Assembly (NCBI GenBank): GCA_030141605.1
Contig: JAQGDQ010000165.1
Coordinates: 398,189-462,188, forward strand
DNA: 64,000 bases
Direction of reading: 5' to 3'
Origin: Tubiluchus corallicola
Taxonomy: Eukaryota > Animalia > Priapulida
The translations under genes were made by a program, and so were the position numbers. The number at the start of each line of letters is the position of its first letter. Position 1 is the first letter of the stretch. This document shows, piece after piece, positions 1-10,450 of this stretch. A model generated the notes under the pieces. It saw only the letters and a list, made by a program, of their open reading frames with translations. It searched no databases and was not told the origin of the DNA.

Positions 1-508
1 TGGAGTCACGTTTGCCATTTTACATACCGTTGGAAATTCGCCTCTCATAATTATCTGATTAGCAATGTAAGTCATATGCGGGGCTATTACAGATGCGCTA
101 TCTTTTAGAATTTTGATAGGAATATCTGATGGTCCACTCCCTTTGTTGGAACTTAGGTTATTTAATATGTCGTTAATTTCTCCTACTGTGACGCTTTTGA
201 ATGAGAATACTGTGTTAGACGATTTGTTTTTTAATTTATTAATTATATTATTGTTAATATGAGAAGCCACTCCCTTAAAATTTCCAAGATTCAGGAATAT
301 TGCATTTAGCGCATTGGCAATATCTTTGGGTTTTGTAATAACAGTGTTGTTGATCTTAATTTCGTCAACACGCGTTAGTTTGTTACGGCATTTATTTATT
401 ACATTGTTAATAATTTTCCATTTTTCTTTGGTATTTGTTGCGTTTTTACATTGTTGTTGTATATGTTTATTTTTCAAGCATTTATTAAGATTATTAAATT
501 GATTTCTC
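1..508 (-). pseudogene. Continuation of LINE ORF2 (linker and start of RT) in the -1 frame
   Basis: Adding one A to the A7 run gives YKKKRNQFNNLNKCLK...EKWKIIN, and RT-proximal motifs follow up to the window edge. Confidence 0.8.
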
Positions 509-2489
509 TTTTTTTATAATTGTTATGATTGTTTTTAGTTTTGTTCTTTTCCCATATATTATACATTCTGTTTTTCGCTATTCTTAGTTTGTCAAGTTCA
601 GGTGTTGTCCAGGTACTTTCGTTATTGAGTTTGCTTTGTTGTGGGATTTGCTTTACGTTTTTATATGGTGCATGTACATTAAGGCAATATTCGACATTAT
701 ATGTCAGAATATTAACTTGTGTATCTATTTTATCAGTCATATATATGGAGGTCCAGTTCATTTTTGCTAAGTCGATTAAGTATGAATGTTTGTTGTATTG
801 GGCGTAGTCTCTCATTAAATGCCAGACTGAATTTTGGTTATTATTATGCTGTGGGGTCATTTTATCTACTAATATTATGAAATGATGATCTGAATAATCA
901 CACGGGAAAGTATCATATGCTACGAAATTATTGTTACTATTCGAAATGAAATGGTCGATTACTGTGGCTGATGTTTTAGAAATTCGAGTAGGTTTATTGT
1001 TGTTAAGTATGTGGACATTATATTGTTTTAAAAGCTCTGTGTATGTTTTGTATGCCAGTGTGTTTGTAGCTAAAATATCAAGGTTGAAATCGCCCATTAT
1101 AAGTACTTTTTTATTTTCGAAAACACTGCGTTCTAGTTCTTCACTAAAGTATTTGAAAAATGTTTTGTGTTTGAGATTGGGTGGTCTATATATGGTTCCT
1201 ATTACATAGTTCTCAATGCTGCACCAAACAGATTCAATTTTGCCAGTTCTGATGCCTTTCATTTCTTGTGGTCTCAGGTGTGAAGGTATATACATCGCAA
1301 CCCCTCCACCTTTCTTATTTTTACATCTATCTCTTCTTATTAATGTGTGATTAGGTAATTCTATAGTGTTGCTAAGTATTTGTTTATGTAGCCAAGTTTC
1401 TGTTATGCCTACAATCAGATTTTCGGTGGCGTGAATTGTATCTTTCAGCAGCCAGTGTTTTTTGACGAGACTTTGAATATTTATATTTAGAAATTTGATG
1501 TTCTTTTTATAAGTAATCATGAATTTTTTTAGCTTATCACTGGTATTATTATTGTTGGTGTTATTATTATTATTATTTGGCAAAATGGGTCCAGGGTTAG
1601 TTTCGATACCACCAAGTATAAGTAGTAAACGAATTATGGTTAAAATGTAAGCCAGTTCAGAACATGAGTATAGAGTGCTTTCAAATTTAGATGAAATCTG
1701 TAATTTTTCCAATTTTTTTAGAGCTACGTATTTTAGATTGACATGACGCATTTGTCTTATAGCACTGAGGTACACAACTTTTAAGATGGATACAAATCTT
1801 TTTAAAATAAATTGCATAGAGTGTCTTATTCTATCGCTATTTACAGGAAAAGCAATGAAAAAGTTGTTTAAATTACCTTTAGTCATTACATTACAAATTA
1901 CTGTTACGTAGATCATTTTCAGTTTTAGTATGGAGAGTAATGTACGTAGTATAACTAAGACGTAAGCATAGTTACAATAAAAGAACTTAACTGTTTGATA
2001 TTTGGCGTTAAATATACAAAGGCTCCCATGATCACAAATAAATTTGGTAATTTTATGATAAGATACGTTAGAAATATCAACTATGATACAAGAAGTAAAT
2101 TCGTATGGTTTCCAAAATGTACCTATTAACACAAATAAAATAACTTTAACTTGCAGTTTTTTTGCAGTAATACAGCAGCATAGTATCAAGCTTACACAGT
2201 AAAACGTTACACATGCGTGGTAAATTAATTTTAGAACGATCATAAGGATACTAATATCGATTGTGAGTAAAAGGGCTTGTATAGAATACAGTACTATAAG
2301 AAGTAAATATTTCCTATTATGTAATAACGTGGGTGAGATAATTGTTATTATAATACTAGTATACACAATTGTTACGTTATAATCTTTACACGAGTTAGGA
2401 TGGATTGGCCTATTTTGCCATATTATGTAAAAATTCACTAGCAGCAGTGCTAAAAATTTTCTGTTATTCAGTGTCATCATTAAAATCAT
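474..2489 (-). CDS. LINE ORF2 5' part: hydrophobic N-terminal region, 2A-like motif and APE endonuclease; frameshifted near 509-515
   Basis: LLLILGGIETNPGP at 1587-1628, then APE motifs NIQSL, ITETWL, GGGVAMY, IYRPP, MGDFN, PTR, IDHF and SDH. Confidence 0.9.
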   Translation of the reverse strand: MILMMTLNNRKFLALLLVNFYIIWQNRPIHPNSCKDYNVTIVYTSIIITIISPTLLHNRKYLLLIVLYSIQALLLTIDISILMIVLKLIYHACVTFYCVSLILCCCITAKKLQVKVILFVLIGTFWKPYEFTSCIIVDISNVSYHKITKFICDHGSLCIFNAKYQTVKFFYCNYAYVLVILRTLLSILKLKMIYVTVICNVMTKGNLNNFFIAFPVNSDRIRHSMQFILKRFVSILKVVYLSAIRQMRHVNLKYVALKKLEKLQISSKFESTLYSCSELAYILTIIRLLLILGGIETNPGPILPNNNNNNTNNNNTSDKLKKFMITYKKNIKFLNINIQSLVKKHWLLKDTIHATENLIVGITETWLHKQILSNTIELPNHTLIRRDRCKNKKGGGVAMYIPSHLRPQEMKGIRTGKIESVWCSIENYVIGTIYRPPNLKHKTFFKYFSEELERSVFENKKVLIMGDFNLDILATNTLAYKTYTELLKQYNVHILNNNKPTRISKTSATVIDHFISNSNNNFVAYDTFPCDYSDHHFIILVDKMTPQHNNNQNSVWHLMRDYAQYNKHSYLIDLAKMNWTSIYMTDKIDTQVNILTYNVEYCLNVHAPYKNVKQIPQQSKLNNESTWTTPELDKLRIAKNRMYNIWEKNKTKNNHNNYKKREINLIILINA

Positions 2490-2585
2490 AATAGAATAGT
2501 AAAAAAAGGAGTTTTATAACAGGTTTACGCAGACTAGCTTTAAAGTTCAGAGTAATGTCTAAAACCAAGCTAAACGATACTAGGC

Positions 2586-4139
2586 CTATATGAACTTGGA
2601 GATAAGCTCTTTAAAGGCTTTGGTTAGTATGTTTTCAATCTCGGATTTTACAACTGGTTCCTGAGTTAACAGCAGCGGTTCATTTTGGCTTGGCAGTGTT
2701 GTAGAACATTTATTAGGATAATGAGCTTTAGCCGATTCTGTGTAGTACAAACTGCTTCGTTCAGATGGCTCTCTCCGGTTCGAAACGGAGTAGGCTCGCT
2801 GTGGGTCGTTAATTACTGGCGTTGGGAGAAGACCAGGTTTCTTAACTGCGTCTGAATAGCTGGTATTGTGAGATGAACCAATACGTAAATTAAACGAGTT
2901 ATTTAGGCGCGAAATTGCAGAATTGTGTTGGTATGGGTTTGTATGGGACATTGGCTTGCGTCTTGTTTTCACGTACCAACGCTTAGGATCATTGTGTAAA
3001 CATAAGTTCAGTCGTTCTGCTAATTTTGATACACCAGCACGACTTAAATGTAAACCGTCTCTTGCCATTAACCCTTCAGCTAAAAAATGACTTTGAATGT
3101 TGCACAATAAATAGCCCTCTTTGTTAGCTAAATAGACTAGATCATCATTGAAAGAGCGTATAAGCTCGTTTGTCAGAAAGATATTACATGGTTTTGCATT
3201 AAAATGCTTACTTTTTGAAGTCAGCGGTATATTACAAATAAAAATGTTTGCAGCTTTAAACTTACTTGCAATGTTTTTTGCACAGTTGTCTGCAATTGTA
3301 ATGATGTCTCTAACTGATGATTCTTTGTCGATTTGCTGTCCAACCTCGTCGCATTTTTGCGCTAGCCGTCTTATGTCATTTACACCACAAGCGATGATCA
3401 CATTTTCAAGCTTCATAGCTGGATAATGGTTTAACACTTTTGTGCTTAACTCTTCTAATGTTAAGCCTCTGTATGAGTGTACCTGGACGTTTTGCCCGAT
3501 GTCCTTTGGATTTAAGTATACGGTCCGTGAGTCTCCCAGGACTAGCGTTTGAGTGGTTGCATGTATGGTCTTATGATTTTTCCTTCTTTGATTCACAGTT
3601 ATTGTGGCATTGCAAGTTTCCTTTTCCTGCAAGGTTTCGCCCTGCGATGGAAGGTCATTATTGCCGTGTTTCGATGAGGAGGTGTCTCCATTCACAAGCA
3701 AAGTTTGACTTGCTTCATCTGTGTGACTGGGATCTTTGGAGGAATTATCACTTGTTTGGTTGCTTACATTTCGTTTTCTTTTTTGTAGTTCAGAGAGTTC
3801 CGTTGATAATTTATGAACCTTTTCGATGAGAGTTGACTGCTCTTTATAGCTGGCAGCTAGTTTTGACTCCAAGCATTGAATTGTCTTTTTACTCTCTTTT
3901 TCCTCATTTTTGGTTTTTATTTGTAAGGCAATTAGCATTTGTTTATATCGTTCGCCCTCTGGATCACCAACAAGTACGAAGTCGGGAAACACAATTTCTG
4001 CCGCCTCGTGTCCATCATTTCCCATATTCGTCGTTTGCCTATGTTTTTTGAAGCACCTTTCGCACGTTGCAAGAAATAGCTGATTTTTATTTATTGGATT
4101 TTTTGCACTTTTGCAAAGCGTGCAACTTTTCCTTGCCAT
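2586..4139 (-). CDS. LINE ORF1p: N-terminal CxxC..CxxC finger, coiled coil and SGNH/GDSL esterase domain
   Basis: CTLC...CERC at the N-terminus, a heptad-rich LESKL...LSELQK stretch, and SGNH blocks VLGDS, GVND and DGLHL. Esterase ORF1s are established in CR1/L2-group LINEs. Confidence 0.88.
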   Translation of the reverse strand: MARKSCTLCKSAKNPINKNQLFLATCERCFKKHRQTTNMGNDGHEAAEIVFPDFVLVGDPEGERYKQMLIALQIKTKNEEKESKKTIQCLESKLAASYKEQSTLIEKVHKLSTELSELQKRKRNVSNQTSDNSSKDPSHTDEASQTLLVNGDTSSSKHGNNDLPSQGETLQEKETCNATITVNQRRKNHKTIHATTQTLVLGDSRTVYLNPKDIGQNVQVHSYRGLTLEELSTKVLNHYPAMKLENVIIACGVNDIRRLAQKCDEVGQQIDKESSVRDIITIADNCAKNIASKFKAANIFICNIPLTSKSKHFNAKPCNIFLTNELIRSFNDDLVYLANKEGYLLCNIQSHFLAEGLMARDGLHLSRAGVSKLAERLNLCLHNDPKRWYVKTRRKPMSHTNPYQHNSAISRLNNSFNLRIGSSHNTSYSDAVKKPGLLPTPVINDPQRAYSVSNRREPSERSSLYYTESAKAHYPNKCSTTLPSQNEPLLLTQEPVVKSEIENILTKAFKELISKFI

Positions 4140-5154
4140 TCATGTATGTCTTTTAACATATACTTTGTTCGACGTAGTATCTTTTAACTATAAGTAAATT
4201 TGTACAGCCTTGGCCTCACGGCCTAATCACAATCTATTCAACACTAACTGGTATAATTAGCAACCGGAGCACGAGACAAACGATGTGCACCGGACAACTG
4301 ACAACTGACCATCTTGACTCTTAAATCTTGAAAATCGTACATAAGTTTTTTCCCTCTTTAGAATTTTTCAGCAAGCTCACAAAATGTCTTCCAGAAGCTC
4401 CGTTATTGGGGATCAATTTCTCCGGAAGTGTTTAATAGGGTTGATAAAACAATAAACTCCTGACAAAGTTTTTCACCCGGCCAAAACTTGTAGAGTAATC
4501 TGAATATATTAGCTCAAAGTTCATAGTTCTCTAATATCGAATTTGACAATTCATAAATATGATATTATATTGTTTGTATTTTTCCCTGCAAGTTTATGTA
4601 AAAAAAAGCTCCCTTGAAACTCTGTAATCCAGCCGTACTTAGTTTCCAATAATTCAGACCCGCAAATGTGTAGACGTTACCTGGTGTTTTCCATGCTCAT
4701 CCATGCGGATTCCTTCCGCGGCGATTTGTTTCGCTCTGACGAAGATCGCATCCGTGACTGTCTGTTTGCTCATTATCATCTAACGACAGCAGCTGAACGA
4801 ATAAAAACATTTTTTGATGAAATGGTGACACTTTTATAAGTTTTTTACTGTTAAATTACATTCTTACCTAATGCAGTACCAAAATGAATAAAAACATTTT
4901 TTTCAAGAAATGATTCAACATGTCCAACATTAGTACGTTTGTTACAATAAAATTAACGCAGGTTAGTTCTCAGTTAAACAATGCTAAAATTAGCTTCACC
5001 TTGTCTGAATTTTTTATTTGCATTAACTTTGCTTATTTTTTCAAAATTGACCTTTTCCGGTTGCAAGCTGGACCTTCGGCATCCGGCGCTGCTAAAGAGA
5101 CAGATTGTCCAAATGTACCCAAAAAGCAATAAATCTAGCCTTTTTCAGACAATC

Positions 5155-5580
5155 TTAGTCTATTGAGTAGGTTAGTCTGGTGTACACTTGCGTGATCGTA
5201 CACACTATTTTATTGATCGCCTGGTTGCTACAGCCCGAGAGAAGTGTCTGCTGTGAAGAACTCGAGGAAAACTAACAGATCAGCCAAGGACAAACTAAGG
5301 TTGTCTTGTCTTTTAAGAGGAATTTCTCCTTAAAAATAGAGTAGACTTGAAGCCAAAGTGTATAGACTGTTGCATTAGCTTTGCTATAATTTTCTGCATT
5401 AGCCAATTTCACACAAGTGGCACTGTACATTGTTATAGTGCAAACACTGCAGTTACTGAAAGCTTTTTTTATTTTTCTTCATTAACAATTGGTTTTTAAT
5501 TTGTTTAAGGTGAGCAAATGCATTTCATAAATAACTTTGCATGAAAATCCATTGTCTGAGGAGTAGAAACCTACAAAAAA
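5155..5580. repeat. Dispersed repeat; a second copy lies in the same orientation at ~40200-40620
   Basis: The block attgagtag(g/c)ttagtctg.tgtacacttgc.tgatc.tacacactat...gcagttactgaaagcttttt...gaggagta occurs at both sites. Confidence 0.75.
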
Positions 5581-6555
5581 GGCTTAAGGTCCTGAAGGAG
5601 TTAATATTGTGATCTTATATATTACTAGTAATATAAACATATGGGGGGCAGGCCTGCAAGTAGCGGAAGTTGTGAAAGTGCCGGAATTCCGTCTCTTCGA
5701 TCAGCTTGCACAGTCAGTCAGCTATCAATAAGCAGTGTAGCGATGAGGAAATGTGACAGAAATCTATCTCTTCTGTCTGTTCTAGCTGTCAAGCAGCAAA
5801 AGTGAAGAAACTTCAGCTTTTCGTGTGGGGTAGCGCCTGTGGAACAGGCCAGCAAGTAACTGAGAAAGCAGAAACCCCTCAATTCTATCTATTCTATCTG
5901 TATCCTGCTCTTGAGCTAACAGAATTGAATGAAGTTGAGTCCGAGTTGAATGTCTAGCTCCCATGCCCAGTGCTGCCATCTACAGCAGCTTTTTTTCAAC
6001 CACTTGCTGGTGAGCAAATAAACAGTGAACCACCTAAACTGCCAGTGTGCCGATACTTCCAATGACATGACCCTTGTCCTGATATCACTTTACACCACAC
6101 AGCCCTGTCACCCGTAATCGCCCATGTCTCTGTATTTTTGATATTTAATGGTGTATTGATAAGATCTTTTTGGATGAAATTGATGTAAGTCAGCAGCTGT
6201 CTTCTTAGCGGTTTCTTTTCTTTCTGCAGTGCTTCTCTGAAAGCTAATTTTAGAGCCATCATCTGGTAGTTTTATAACATGTTGTAACCATCTTAATCTT
6301 CTCCTTTTGATTTTAACTATCCATTCCTCTGCCTTGACTTTATTATACCCGATCCTGCTTTAATATTTTCCTGAGATTTTATTCCTAGGCTAGAGTTTCT
6401 TCTGTGGAATGCATCAATTTCAGATTTGTGTTGTGCTTTGAATATCCATAATTCTGAGTTGTGGAGAAACTAAATTCCCACAATTGCAGCAAAGATTCTT
6501 AATTTGTTTCTACACTGACCCTTTTACTTTCAAAAATTTTGGAATATGCAGCTAA

Positions 6556-8403
6556 TTTGATTTCAAGCCTGTTTCACAGGATCAGGTAAATAAGTACCTC
6601 AGTGCCATTGGTAACAAAAAGGCGACTGGCCTTGACAATATTCCTGTAAAAATTCTGAAACTAGTCAAAGAGGCCTTTCTGCCTCAATTAACTGGTCTCA
6701 TAAATCAGATGTTTGACTGTTCAGTTTTTCCAGATGAATTTAAGCATGCTCGCGTCACCCCAGTGTTCAAAAAAGATGATGCGCTGAACAAGAAAAACTA
6801 CCGTCCAGTCAGTGTTCTTCCTATAGCTTCAAAGGTGTTTGAGAGAGCCATGGTGGACCAGCTTGGCGACCATATGTCCCGACACTTTCACCCACTCTTG
6901 TCAGCCTACCGTAGTGGATACAGCTGCCAGTCAGCACTGTTAGGGTTAACCGAAGAGTGGAGGAAGGGACTGGAGGCCGGTAACTATGTTGGTGCCATCC
7001 TGATGGATCTTTCAAAGGCGTTTGACAGCCTTCCACACAATTTATTGTTGGAAAAGTTAAGGTGCTATAATTTATCAGAAAATGCTGTAAATTTGATCAA
7101 AAGCTACCTTACTGACAGAAAACAACTTGTTCAGATCGGGAACGTCAAGAGCTCACCCCTTCCTATGGATAAAGGCGTTCCTCAGGGATCCTTAACTGGA
7201 CCTGTACTTTTTAATTGTTTTATTAATGATATCTTCCATTTTGTCAGTAAATCCACCTTGTACAACTATGCTGATGATAATACTGTTTCCTACTCCAGTA
7301 AATCATTTAATGATATGAAACAAACCTTAGAAGTTGAAAGTAACGCACTGGTCGACTGGTTTGCTTCCAACCAGTTTCAGGGGATTGCTGTGGGCAAAAT
7401 TACACACGACCTGAAACCTACTTTCAACATCAAAGGAGCGGATATTGAATGTACAGATGAGGTGAAACTTCTTGGTGTAAATATAGACTATCGCCTGAAT
7501 TTTGACTCGCACATTTCAGCCCTGTGCAAAAAAGCAGCTAAACAGATTAATGTTCTACGCCGTATTGGGCGAAACCTGTCGGTAAAATGTCGAAAACTCA
7601 TCTACCTTTCGTTTGTCAAGTCGAATTTTAATTTCTGCCCCGTAATCTGGCATTTCTGTAGTACATCAAATAGCCAGAAGTTAGAGCGTTTGAATTTCAG
7701 AGCGCTCCGTCTAGATTATAATTATTTCGAAAGTACCTACGAAAATCTATTGTTTAAAGACAATTTTGTGTCTCTTCAACTTCAGAGACAACGTCTCATT
7801 GCTATCGAAGTATTCAAGATTTTGTCCAAAAACTGCCCGTCCTATCTCTATGGACTGATAGAGGAACGAAAGCAAAACCGCTACTTCCTCAGAAAAATGA
7901 ACACTGCAGAACACCCTACATATGATGGTGTTACATACGGAAAGAAAAGTTTCTCTTATTATGGAGCCACATTGTGGAATGAATTACCAAACTGTCTCCG
8001 AATGGCCGAAAATCTTGGGGAATTTAAACGTCTAATTAACTCATGGACTGGTGCATCATGTAAATGTGCCATTTGTAAATTCAGCGAACTTCCCAATTTT
8101 ATTAAGTCTTAATTAAATGCTGAATGTGTTGGCAGGAAAATTTTTTATTGACCATAGCTTTTTGTGTAAATTTTAGAAAATGTCACTGCCTAAATTTTTA
8201 CTGTCTCAAATTTTTACTGTCTTTCATGTAGGTGGCATCTAAAAGTTTTTAAGAAGTACATATTATTACCATGTTATCGCTCATATACATTATGTTTGAT
8301 ATCGGTTTACGAGCTTTAAGCTCATGTTTTACAAATATGTACTGTTTTATATCATACCGATGAAAATAAATATTATCTTATCTAATAATAAATATTATCT
8401 AAT
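6556..8403 (+). mobile_element. 5'-truncated CR1/L2-group LINE with a 3' UTR and a short repeat tail
   Basis: RT reading frame from ~6556 to 8112, tail aataaatattatcttatctaataataaatattatctaat, and a possible 5-bp TSD gctaa (6551-6555 and 8404-8408). Confidence 0.88.
6709..8112 (+). CDS. LINE reverse transcriptase, 5'-truncated, with a small in-frame deletion after WFASN
   Basis: Motifs NYRPVSVLP, DLSKAFD, GVPQGS, YADD, KLLGV and GATLWNELP. Confidence 0.9.
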   Translation: MFDCSVFPDEFKHARVTPVFKKDDALNKKNYRPVSVLPIASKVFERAMVDQLGDHMSRHFHPLLSAYRSGYSCQSALLGLTEEWRKGLEAGNYVGAILMDLSKAFDSLPHNLLLEKLRCYNLSENAVNLIKSYLTDRKQLVQIGNVKSSPLPMDKGVPQGSLTGPVLFNCFINDIFHFVSKSTLYNYADDNTVSYSSKSFNDMKQTLEVESNALVDWFASNQFQGIAVGKITHDLKPTFNIKGADIECTDEVKLLGVNIDYRLNFDSHISALCKKAAKQINVLRRIGRNLSVKCRKLIYLSFVKSNFNFCPVIWHFCSTSNSQKLERLNFRALRLDYNYFESTYENLLFKDNFVSLQLQRQRLIAIEVFKILSKNCPSYLYGLIEERKQNRYFLRKMNTAEHPTYDGVTYGKKSFSYYGATLWNELPNCLRMAENLGEFKRLINSWTGASCKCAICKFSELPNFIKS

Positions 8404-9039
8404 GCTAACGTTTTTCTTCTTGGCGTAACTTCTTAAAACTCACTTCCCAGCAGCGTGAAATGTCACTATGCAAGATCTTAGACAAGTTTGTTTGTCGTGC
8501 CTTTCCGTATTTTTTCACGACTTATTTCTATGTTCATAGTTTTGCACTTGGTCAATTAATTAATTTATTAATAATTAGTCATTCAATTAATCATCTTTAC
8601 CTACCTTATGATGCTTAGGTTCTTTTTGCAAAGTACAAATTCTGCCTGGGTTCTAATCCTGGGTTATAAATGTCAGATATTAGGTCTTCAAGTGAAGTTT
8701 TATAATTGCAGACCAGATCTTTTGTTACACAATAGCTATCCAGCCACATTGTTTAAACAAAAGTGCTTAGGTCTCTGTCAGAGACATGTGTCATTATTAT
8801 ATGCATGGATAAAAAAATTTGCTCGCCTGATCCACTCTTTTATTAGCCTGTACCAGATGGCGAGTGCCATCTGGTAGTGAATGTTAGCCGACTGATCAGT
8901 ATTTTTGGATTCCAGTTAGTTCATCTTTTGTCTACTGAGCACAGTTTGTCTGCTTCCTTGTGCACCAGCTTGCGTGATATTATAAGAGATTTCTAGTACA
9001 TGCAAATTTGTCCAAGTAGATTTGAAGGTGCTGTTACAG

Positions 9040-10450
9040 TAGTGCTATTGATAATATATCTTCAAGCATTGAATTCCATAATTCCATAGGTTTACCTCCG
9101 CATTTGAGAAACTAAACTTGTATACATCCAACCTGAACTGTCTTTTATATATTTTATACCTGTGTCCTCTTGTTACTGAGGGGCAGCAATCAAAGAACAT
9201 TGCAGGATATAATGAAGTCCGAAACACCTGTGAACATTTTACACATTTCGATTAGATGTCCTCTAGTAGGCTACGTCTATGTTCAGGGCTGTGTAGTTTG
9301 AGTTCCTGTAGTTTGTCCTCGTATGCACTGTTGTTTAACCCAGAGAAATTTTCACTGTTCTCCCTTGGATTTTCGATAGAGCTGAAAATAATATCTTTGA
9401 CATAACGTGGGTTCCCCAAACTTGGCTTGATATTCAATGTGTGGCCTGACTAAGGTTTTATATATTGGTACGTTTCTATTCATACTAAGAATAGTTTTAA
9501 AGGTGGCTCCAAGTATCTGATTTTCCTTGGCAACTTTAACATCATTGACAGGTATTCGAAATTTGAGTTGGTTGTCCACAACAACACCCAAGCCTTTCTC
9601 AGAAGTAACCAATGGCAGGAATCTCCCATGAAATTGATAACCTAAATCACCTTGCAAGTCAGATTGTAACAGATTGTAACTAGGATACACACCATGTAAG
9701 CTTAACATGCAAATTTGCTCAGTTTCGAGATGATACTGCTATCAATGTTGTCAATAGTCCTAGTACACTGCCTTGGGGTACTCCAGAAATAATTAACTGG
9801 AAGTGTCAATGATTGTTAGTTTTGTACTGTCTGTTAGCTTTCTATTTGTCAACCATTCTTTGGTCCAACTAAAAAGTTTACCAAGGACACCATGGGCTTG
9901 TAGTTCGACAAGTACACATTGATGAGGTGCCCTATCAAAAGTCCAAGGTCCAAATATCCCAAGTCCAAATATGTAATACCAACTGAAGACCCAGTGTCAA
10001 TATAACTCAAAGAAGTCTAACAGATTGGTCACAATTGAACGTCATTTGAATAGTAAATTATTGCTAAATAACTTAGTGAAAATGTTCTGCATCTGCACTA
10101 CAAGTATTTTACAGGCTATCTTGTCAAGGAGATTGGTCTATATAGTTGCTGCTACACTTCTGGAACCTTATGTATTGGCGTAATAGTAGAGAGCTTCTTT
10201 CTAGTGTGTTTGCATCTATCAATGATTTACGGTAGACAATAGTTGATGGTTCAGTAATTATACAGTGCAGTTTTAAGTACATAGTTTAATGCAATAGATC
10301 AAGTCCTGGTGCAGAGTTGACATTAGTGTTTTGGTAATAATCCTCCTTAATATCAATGTCTTAACTGTAGTGGTATATCGGTTGTAGAATCAATTGAAGG
10401 TAACGTTGACACATTCTCACTAGTAAACAAGGTGTTGAAAACCTCATTCA
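9040..10450 (-). mobile_element. Heavily degraded CR1-like LINE RT
   Basis: Remnants EKGLGVVVDNQLKF, YKTLVRPHIEY, TRGHRYKIYK and NLWN. Confidence 0.7.

Larger units (their letters stand above)
1..4300 (-). mobile_element. Non-LTR retrotransposon (CR1/L2-group LINE), near intact; its 3' part runs off the left edge of the window
   Basis: Tandem ORF1 (2586-4139) and ORF2 (from 2489) on the minus strand. ORF2 has an APE endonuclease followed by the linker and the pre-RT motif (NKGSGPSDIPIKILK...FPTVCKMANVTP) at 1-200. The 5' boundary is approximate. Confidence 0.93.
5990..8900 (-). mobile_element. Degraded RTE-like LINE RT, interrupted by a younger LINE
   Basis: Frameshifted remnants include KLRIFAAIVG..FLHNSELW, EIDAFHRR and IKRRRLRWLQHV. 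Similarity resumes after 8404 (TLLGSE...RKTLA). Boundaries are approximate. Confidence 0.6.

Noticed and set aside
505-520. Programmed -1 ribosomal frameshift in LINE ORF2
   Set aside because: LINE EN and RT are normally in one frame and no stimulatory structure is evident. A homopolymer indel is the simpler explanation.
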